Below are positions 10,468 to 18,932 of a stretch of 20,000 bases of DNA, piece after piece. The notes beneath the pieces are model-generated. The model was given only the letters and a program-made list of their open reading frames with translations, searched no databases and had not been told where the DNA came from. Position 1 is the first letter of the stretch. Each line of letters opens with the position of its first letter. This stretch comes from Blastocystis sp. subtype 4 (taxonomy: Eukaryota): NCBI RefSeq assembly GCF_000743755.1, contig NW_014569532.1, positions 59,899 through 79,898 of the forward strand, read 5' to 3'. Made by a program: the position numbers and the translations under genes.

Positions 10468-10960
10468 GTAATATCTAGAGATAATTCCGACCCATTAGTA
10501 TCACAAACAATTTCGATAATTGAGTCTCAAAGAGATCTACTTTGAAGATGAATACATGACACGGCGGAATCTGAAGTGCTAGATTATACACCTACTTTTA
10601 CAAGTATAATGCTGTTGTATCAAAGGAAAGAATCGTTCAAAAGATTGATAGTGACCAAGTAAAAGACAAATGGAAGAACAAATGAAAGTGGATAGATCGG
10701 TAGACTGCATATAGAACTACATACGATCAGAGAGACACTTATAGGTATAGGAAGATGAATAAAGATGATGGAAGATACTTGAAGTTGCAAGAAAAGAATT
10801 GAAAGATAAATAAAAAGGATGGTCAAGTACTTCATTCTTAGGAATGATAAAACACTTTTCATGTTAGATCAAATGTACTACTTGATTGGATGAACCAAAG
10901 ATGACGCGTACGAAGTGTGTTGTTGAAGATCATTCTTAGTTTTATATTCGATTATTAGTA

Positions 10961-12655
10961 ATGGATATGCTGGATGATGTAATACCACTGGAACAAGCAG
11001 TTGATACAATCAAAAGGAAACAACTTCTTCGCAGGATAACTCAACGACTTTATTCTTTATCTCAATATAATAATTACTGCTCAAATTGTAGCAGACCTGA
11101 AAAGCGCTTCCATCACGAAGTAAATGATTCTTTTGAAGCTAAACGGCCATATATTTATCCTGAAAAGGGATATAGTTATGATGTTCGTTTTGCACACAGC
11201 TTTTGTCAACAAGAGTTACCTCTTCAAATGTCTTCTTTCTATGCAGTTCATTGTATAAATGGAAAGAAACATGGATTTGGCCATGTGATGTTTGGAGCTC
11301 CTTTTGAGGATTATGTATTTACAACGTCTTGGGATCATGATGTCCCTTCTGGACGTGGATTCATCTATAATCAGAAGACAGGATCGGTCATAGGTCGTGT
11401 TATGAATCACACTAAAGTGGAACTCTTCTGTGAGGATGGTATTCACCCGGAATGGGCAATTTTGGATGAAGATGATGGGAGACGATGGGAAGGAATGTGT
11501 CTCGATGGAACCACGTGTGGATTAGGCGAGTACTATGATGAAGATAATCATCTATTATACCGTGGAATGTCGATTCTAGGAAAATGGGAGGGTTTTGGAA
11601 CAACATTCTATCCATTGTACTCGAATGAAGAGCAGATCGATACGAAGGGTGATTGGTGTCATGGACAACTCATTGGAGAATACTGTGTATATGACAGATA
11701 TGGGAATGTGTGCTCAGAAGGATATCAGATTGATGGTCAGCAAGTCACAGACACGATAGTATTACGTTCCCTCTCTCAACTAAACTGTTATCTTCGTCAT
11801 GTCGTGATCGGTGATAATGCTTTAAATACTATTCGAACGTTAAATCTCGATGCTCTTCGCTATTTAGAGACATTGGAAGTTGGTAATCGATCATGTCGTC
11901 AATGCCAAACTGTTATTATATCTCATCTATCACTCCTACGTACAATCCAAATTGGCGACTATTCGTTCACACAATATGATACTTCTCTTGATCTTCTTCT
12001 CTCAGAATCGAAATCGATTCTGGATGCTAAAAAGAGTCTTCACATGGAGAATCTCCATTCGCTTGAAGAAATAACAATTGGCAATGGATCATTCTCCGAC
12101 TTCTCTCAAATCAAGATTACAGATATGTCTGTACTCCAGGTTCTGACTTTCGGATCGTGCTGCTTTTTCTATACAGAATCACTACAATTATGCAGTATGC
12201 CAACAACCAAGAAATGATGAATAGATTTACTTCTTCTCTCTACTGTAACATTGGAATCTTTTTCCTTTTATCATGGAAATAGTGTTGAACTTCACGGTAA
12301 GCATGGAGGAGAGAATTGATCTCAGACCTTCCCTCACTTGTATCATTCACAGCAGGAAGAGCTACCTTTTTCCGGTCTCTTTCTGATGAACTAGGAACTT
12401 GTAGTCTACAAAACCTTCCTTCCTTATCAGAGTTTGTCTGTTTGGAAGAGTCGTTTGCCTCCATCGCCACGCTGCGACTTGTAGAGCTTGAATTCTTATG
12501 TCATTGAATAGAGTGATACTGTTGGATCGACTACTATGACTCAATGTCAGCTAACCAATAGTTTTTGGTCTCTGCTCCATGTCCGATTAGCAGGTGAATC
12601 TAACAAAAATACGGAATATTTCCTAACTGCATTCGCTAACCAATTGCAAGAATAG
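10961..12655 (+). CDS. Hypothetical protein with MORN-like repeats followed by divergent leucine-rich repeats
   Basis: MORN-like WEGMCLDGTTCGLGEYY, YRGMSILGKWEGFGTTF and GDWCHGQLIGEY; LRR-like LETLEVGNRS, LRTIQIGDYSF and LEEITIGNGSF. Introns 12195-12224, 12297-12325, 12481-12511; TAG 12653-12655. Confidence 0.75.
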
Positions 12656-12659
12656 AGTC

Positions 12660-12667
12660 TGTTTGTT
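12660..12667 (+). terminator. GU-rich poly(A) element (TGTTTGTT) of the MORN/LRR gene
   Basis: Perfect motif exactly 4 nt (AGTC) after TAG, implying a zero-length 3' UTR. Confidence 0.85.
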
Positions 12668-12752
12668 AGCAATCATAATATGAAGTATTTATGGATCCTA
12701 ATAATGTGGAATCTGGTATTTGCATTCAAATCGAGATAAAAAGGGAGTAGAA

Positions 12753-13435
12753 ATGGTTCATCCCAAAGTTCCAAAAGAGATAAAGAAGATGGAGGAAGTA
12801 GGTCTACTTATTCGGTAATATGTTCAGGAAGGCAATCCAGACATTGGCATTTTGTATCGGTCACCCTCGCTAGAGAATTTTATTCTCTTTGTTAGAGGTC
12901 CTAAGGATACTGCTTTTGAAGGTGCCTTTTTCAAGATTCACTGTCATTTGACAAGTAATTACCCTTTCAACCCTCCAGTAATGTGTTTTATGACAAAGGT
13001 ATGGCATCCAAATGTCAGTAGTGTTGTATGGTGTGTTTTGGGGATATAAGCATAGACAGGAGCCATTTGCCTTGATATCCTGAAGGATAAATGGACGCCG
13101 GCTATGAACATTTCGATTGCTCTCCTCTCTATCCAGGCATTACTTACGGCTGCTGAACCAGACGACCCACAGGATTGGGAAGTTGCTGAAATGTACAAGA
13201 AGAATCCAAAAGAATATGAGGCTAAGGCTCGTGAGTGGGTACGACTGTATGCTCAGGAGGGAATGATTACGGACAAGGAAGAGATGGTGCTGCTTTTCTT
13301 GTGGGAGTAACGCAATAGATCCAGAGAAATATTGCCAAAGGAAAGAAGCCGGATTATGTTCATAGTGTATGCGTTATTGAATTTCCTAATATCTAGTATC
13401 TTGCCATGAATCACTGGAATGATAAGAATCTATAA
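12753..13435 (+). CDS. UBC1: Ubiquitin-conjugating enzyme E2, UBE2K/Ubc1-like, with a short degenerate UBA-like C-terminal extension
   Basis: [15 protein letters not shown] and [24 protein letters not shown] (catalytic Cys), then AAEPDDPQD. Introns 12798-12827, 13026-13055, 13287-13318, 13367-13396; TAA 13433-13435. Confidence 0.88.
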
Positions 13436-13460
13436 GCAACGGGAGTATTGTTCATATCTT

Positions 13461-13468
13461 TGTTTGTT
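13461..13468 (+). terminator. GU-rich poly(A) element (TGTTTGTT) of the E2 gene, 1 nt before the first in-frame ATG of the USP gene
   Basis: Sequence TGTTTGTT-C-ATG at 13461-13472. Confidence 0.8.
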
Positions 13469-13469
13469 C

Positions 13470-15552
13470 ATGAGTCAGTCTTCTTCAGAACCAATGAATC
13501 GAGTGGGCTTTCGTAACGAAGGCAATAGTTGTTTCTTAAATGCTGTTTTACAAGTATTAGGATTATGATAGCTGTTATTATAGTGTATGGTTTGTATCCC
13601 TGAATTCTGTAATTTTGTTAAGGAAAATGTATCATCAGTATCAGTTTGGGCATAATTGTGTTTTTCTAATAGATAGACAAATTCAAATAATCCATCATCA
13701 TTACTCATTCTTGCTATTTGGAGTGTGATGCAAGAGATTGCTAAATCGCCTTCGACAGCCATCTCAGTGTATCCTGTGTTGCTAGCGCTAAAGAGGGTTG
13801 CTCCATACTTTTCAGATGGATACCAGCATGATGCACATGAGGTTTATGTGAGTATAACGGTTATAGGTGACAAGTAGTCGTTCCTTTTACAAGAGTTAGA
13901 GGAAGAGTTGACTCCAAAGCAAACAACTCGTTCTACAATTGAGAATCTTTTCATCTCAAGTCGAAAAGATTCCGAAGAGATGGTATCGAAACGATTTGAC
14001 ACATGGTGGAAGCATTACAAGCACGATAACTGTACTCCTATTACTGACTTATTCTATGGTTACAGCATTACTTCGTGTGAGTGTCCAACTTGTGGTTGTA
14101 CTACATATTCCATGTCGTCGTTTAATACTCTTCATACCACACTCACATTAACACGCATTCGAGTTTCATACAGTCTTATATTCCAGCAGTGGAATGGAGA
14201 GGCAAACGAATTGCGTTTCATTCTTGTTAATTCGGAGTGTGTGTTGCAACCCTCAGCTACGATTCAACAGCTCAGAAGGAAGATTGATTCGTTGTATGAC
14301 AGAATGGGATTTTGTTGTGTGTGTATTCTTTACACATATGATCAGGGTCAAGAAATAGTTGGCAATAGGAGAAGGATTCATGTATAGTATCGATCACTAG
14401 AGGATGAAACAGAATTAACTTCTCTTGCTTCAGAAATATCACTTTTGTTCTATGTCGTAGAGATGAATAAATTGGTTCACATTCCAGGTTCCAAAAGGAA
14501 TGAATTACATCCACATCACGCTCAAGTCGGAAAATCAAACTGGATTTGTGGTTTGTGGTTGTCAGTCAACTGAGGCATTGGATCTCCTGAAAGTTGCACC
14601 TGTCACCTATCAGTGTCCGAAATCAATGCAACTGGAACAAACTTCATCATTTCTTCGTACAAATAACGCTCTTTGGACGTCTGTGCAAGAGGGAGAAGAT
14701 TTTGTGTTGGCACGTACGATTCCATTCTCGCATCCTTCGTTCATTCGACATCAGACGCATCCTTCATTAACTTCATCATTCACTCTACAACAAGGCATTG
14801 ATGCAGATATGTGTGGAGAGAACGACAGTGTATGTGGTAACTGTGGGAAACCGAATCATTTCTGTTACTTCACTCGATTTGGACATCTCCCACCACTTCT
14901 TGTTATCAACCTCAAACGATTTGTAGATGCGTCTGGAAGGAAGATCAATGATTTGGTACACTATCCTCTTCATCAGTTGCAATTTCAAAGTGAAGATGAA
15001 GGTGACTTAAGTTATGAACTGATATGCGTTGTTTGTCATCATGGATCCGCTGTAAGCGGTCATTATACTTCGCTGTGCAAGTATCAGCAACAATGGTATT
15101 TGATGAACGACGAGATTGTGACTCCTGTGAAAGAGGAGTCTGTAGTTAGTTCTCATGCATATTTATTGTTCTATCGTCTGAATTCTACAAAATCACAAAT
15201 CAAGCCTCGTTTTAAGAATTATGCAGCAGCGTCTGTCGTTCAAGGAAATAAACATGTTCAAGACATTCAGGGATTCAAGAGCGTATCTTCTGTTGAAGTT
15301 AGTAAGCAACAACGTATGAAGGAATTTCAAGCACTTCTACGTCCATTTTCGTGGAGAAAGAGAGATTTGGAAGTGACTACATCCGAACGGAGGTCCTTGT
15401 GTACAGGAGAAATTGTAGAAATCGATCATGATAATCAAAGGAAATCAAGAGGTTGGTTCTAAGAGGAAAAGTGATAAGTAGGAGGGAATTGGTGGGTTCT
15501 GTTCATGGGAATTATTTTGGTTATTCTTTTAATTGCTTTAATTTTCTTATAG
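13470..15552 (+). CDS. Ubiquitin-specific protease (USP, peptidase C19) with a predicted C-terminal transmembrane tail anchor
   Basis: Cys box GFRNEGNSCFLNAVLQ, QHDAHE, zinc-ribbon CPTC/CGNC, LVINLKRF, His box CHHGSAVSGHYTS, WYLMNDE and AYLLFY. Introns 13554-13583, 13644-13676, 13848-13877, 14358-14387, 14457-14487, 15452-15481. The last exon reads GNWWVLFMGIILVILLIALIFL-TAG. Alternative start at 13494. Confidence 0.88.
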
Positions 15553-15557
15553 TATCA

Positions 15558-15565
15558 TGTTTGTT
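15558..15565 (+). terminator. GU-rich poly(A) element (TGTTTGTT) of the USP gene
   Basis: Perfect motif 5 nt after TAG 15550-15552, which supports the spliced TM-encoding last exon. Confidence 0.85.
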
Positions 15566-15701
15566 AAACTTGAATGCGTTTATACAAATGAAGGTATATG
15601 GTGAATAGTGATTCCTTGATAATCAACATCTCCCAATATGTAATTCCATTCTCAACTAAACTGAGCATAGACGGCTATTCGAAAGAGTAGGGACACTGAT
15701 T

Positions 15702-17303
15702 ATGGCAGATGTTATCATAACTGGTGATGATGATTCGGTTAGTAGTGAATGGTGCCCGGAAGTGTTACCCTATGAAAACACGGATAGTTACGATGGGGCT
15801 ATAATCGGTAACTCTGCTAACAAAGAAAGCCGGAAAAATCAGCCCCAGAAAGACTGTTCACAAGAAATCCAACCATCTGAAAACTGTGTTTCCCTTTTGC
15901 TTAGCTTACGGAACTCAGAAAGGTCCGAAGCACTCGCTAGTGTTCCCTCTCAAGTAGGAAGCTTAAAAATGACTTTACGTTTTAGAGTATGTCGGAGTCG
16001 GTCGAGTCTTCAAGTAGTGGAGACAGTTCGACATCTGCAGACACGCCTCAAGGACCCCTAAGTGTATTACTTCAAATGGTTCTCAAATCAGCCCAAGCGG
16101 AAGCAGAACAATCAAGTGCCACCCCTCCAGAAGCTTTCACAAGTTGCCCCAATAAAGGCATCACTCTACCTAGTTCCACTCCGTGTAAGCTTTTATTCTT
16201 GGGATTTAGCAATAGCGAATGAGCAAGATATCTCGACGTACTCACAAGTTTCAAAGTAACAGTTATTGGAACACCTTTCATTGTAGAAGAACTCCAGTTC
16301 AAATGTACCCCCAACGATCCCAAGAAGAGCTTAAGTTGTGTGGGATTAAGGATCCAACAACAGCAAGTGACTCTGAAGTGATCATTAGTCGTGATTTTTT
16401 CATTTTTCTGTTAGGACATGCAGATGGAGACCGCATTGCACCATTTTTGAATAATCGCCATTATCGCTTTCAATTTGTTGATGATAATTGGTTTCGAATT
16501 TCTCCTGAACTCTACAATATGGAAGTATCAACAATCATGGATCAACACATTCGGGCAAGTCCACACCAATTGCACCTAATCAAATTACTGTTGTTTCAAA
16601 GAGCAATCCGACACAGTATTCTTGAAGAGGCTACAAAGGCTTCCACTGCATCTCGCCCGTCAACAGAAGATAGTACTCCAAAGTCCACATCTACGCGATC
16701 AACTCAACAGAAGAACACGGTAACACAATCTCGTCAGTATCTCCGAAAGACATGTTCGCATGTTACCTTTTCCCCAAAGCAGAGTTCCCATGTATGGACA
16801 AAGGAAGAAGATGTGCTGCTAGAAAATGCAGTGAAACAGTACGGATACAAACACTGGAAGGAAATCGCTCAGGAAGTTGGAACACGAAATGCTGTTCAGT
16901 GTAGACAGCGGTACTTCACACTCCATCGATCCCATCGTGTGGTAGGGATATTGAGGAAGATCAATGATAGGGTCGTTGGAGTGAAGAGGAGAATCGAATC
17001 CTTCTTGACTGTGTGAAGCAGAATATGGAGATTCCTGAGATCATGAAGTGTATTCCACGCTCAGTGAAACAGATCAAGGATCGTTTGGAGATTCTATCGT
17101 GTTCCCATGCCGAATGGACGGAACAAGAAGTGAATTATTTGTTTCAATTAGTAGAACAGTTTGGATTTCGCTGGAGTATGTTTACATCTGTAAGAAAATG
17201 CAAGGAGATTTGAACATAGTATTTCCCAAATCGTACTGCGGGTAGAATTAAAGATAAGTACTGGAGTGAGAGACGGAAGAGAGAACGGAAAGACTCTTCG
17301 TGA
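15702..17303 (+). CDS. Myb/SANT transcription factor with three C-terminal Myb repeats and a long Ser/Thr-rich N-terminus
   Basis: WTKEEDVLLENAVKQYGYKHWKEIAQEVGTRNAVQCRQRY; GRWSEEENRILL...RSVKQIKDRL; WTEQEVNYLFQLVEQFGFRWSMFTSYFPNRTAGRIKDKYW. Introns 15954-15985, 16185-16215, 16256-16286, 16942-16970, 17190-17219. The 5' exon structure is less certain. Confidence 0.85.
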
Positions 17304-17305
17304 AG

Positions 17306-17313
17306 CGTTTGTT
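17306..17313 (+). terminator. GU-rich poly(A) element (CGTTTGTT) of the Myb gene
   Basis: Starts 4 nt after the T of TGA 17301-17303. Confidence 0.65.
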
Positions 17314-17334
17314 ACGACATTATCCTTTTGTTCA

Positions 17335-17342
17335 AACAAACA
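17335..17342 (-). terminator. GU-rich poly(A) element (TGTTTGTT) of the MFS gene
   Basis: Perfect motif 4 nt (ATGA) after an in-frame T at 17347. Confidence 0.85.
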
Positions 17343-17346
17343 TCAT

Positions 17347-18864
17347 AAGCCATTAATCCAGCAACAGCACTTACCTCATAGAGAGACATTTCATTCAAAT
17401 CTATCATTCTCTTCACAATCAATCCATTCACAAAGTAGAAGAGACAGGGAAGGAGATACGTTATCAGTTGATTCTTCAGTATCGATGCCATCCAGTCATC
17501 AAACAGGTATACAACAGCAAAACCAAACGGAAGAACCGCAAATGACACGCTTGGCGCAACTGCGCGAGTAAAGATAGTCCCAATTTCTGTCACTTGATTC
17601 ACTGCACTTGGAAGGATCACCAGCACATAGATTCCTACTGCAATCACACTCGTACAAGCTTTTGTCACAGCAATGATCGGATATTTCCGTGCTGAAAACT
17701 GGAATTCCAAACAGCATAGAATCACTTCCACAAAACACAGAATTGAGAGAGTAAATGAATAACCGCGAAATGATAGAAGTGTATGTTTCTGATAGGCAGT
17801 CAGATATCCAGCAATCAGAACAGCAAAAGCAATCACAAAAAAGAAGCAATCTGAATACAAAGTATCTTCAAAGAAGGGAAGAATATACTTGATCGAATGA
17901 GGAAACGAAAAACAGATAATCGAAATAGGGAATATCTAATAGTTGACCCACCTGATAACATGTACACAAATTGCAACAATTCCTAATAGCCATCTTCCTA
18001 TGCGTTTAAAATATCTTCCAAACAGAAAGCAATGACCCTGTTCCTTCCGATTCTGAGCTTCAAGAAGTCCAACATCAAGTAATTGATCAACCAAGGCAGA
18101 AGGAATCTCAACATTCTCATAATACTCACATGACTGAAGCAATGAACAGTAGACGTCATCAAGATCTCCTGTACTGAGATCTCCTTTGCGATAGGCTTGA
18201 ATTACGATCCTTTCAGGAAGAGCACGGCAAAATCCCATTCCTAAGCCACAAATACATATTATACACAATAAGATGGATATGAGAGTTCGTTCCACCACTC
18301 CTCCAACCAAACGTACTAAATATCCTATTACCCATCCGCTAACACAGAGAAGAAGCACAAAGTACACCTTCTCTATGCGATGTTTCAAATGGGTCTGCTG
18401 GAGATAAAGAATATATGTCCAAGAGAGAAGACAACCAAGGGCAATTCCCTGGAAGATACGTGCTTAACATTATCGCATCCTAACATACATACAAAGAATG
18501 CATGAATCCTGATGAAGGATAAAAATAACCGTTCCAACTAGATACAATAAGTATAATATAACAAAGGAAATCCGCTCACACACCAGGGTGTACAACAATC
18601 CCGTTAAAAAGCATCCAAATGCAAAACTAATCGTGTACTATGAATAATTTGTCTCTTATTCATCTACGGCAATGTCATTGGGATCAGTAACTCCTGGACT
18701 CCATGTAATCATTTCTATTGAATATCTAGGCGTCATACAAGCTTACCATTCCCATAAAATCCATAATCCACTCCCCAAAGGATAACACCCACATTCAACG
18801 ATATCGACGTCAAGGAGGATGTTATCTTCGACTTCAAATCACTCCTAGGATCTATCTCAGACAT
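17347..18864 (-). CDS. Divergent MFS (sugar-porter-like) transporter; stop codon predicted to be completed by polyadenylation
   Basis: Many hydrophobic helices; VILWGVDYG in TM1, RIFQGIALG, LPER after TM6, and a C-terminal DLNEMSLYEV resembling the sugar-porter PETKGxSLEEI motif. Introns 18715-18746, 18638-18667, 18463-18492, 17936-17965. Confidence 0.75.
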
Positions 18865-18885
18865 GATAGATGATACAATGTCTTC

Positions 18886-18893
18886 AACAAACA
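18886..18893 (-). terminator. GU-rich poly(A) element (TGTTTGTT) of the Pro/Thr-rich gene
   Basis: Perfect motif 39 nt past TAG 18933-18935 and 21 nt before the MFS ATG. Confidence 0.75.
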
Positions 18894-18932
18894 AATAGTC
18901 TATCACAACAACTCACACAAATTTTTCCGTTA

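Noticed and set aside
10620..10862. Hydrophobic 80-aa minus-strand ORF
   Set aside because: The hydrophobicity follows from T/C-rich composition; no recognisable motif and no GU element at its end.
17266..17571. Plus-strand ORF as a C-terminal extension of the Myb gene
   Set aside because: The spliced Myb frame stops at 17301-17303 beside a GU element; this ORF is antisense to the MFS gene.
383..18864. Fragmented ORFs suggesting pseudogenes, frameshifting or an alternative genetic code
   Set aside because: All breaks are explained by 28-34 nt introns under the standard code.
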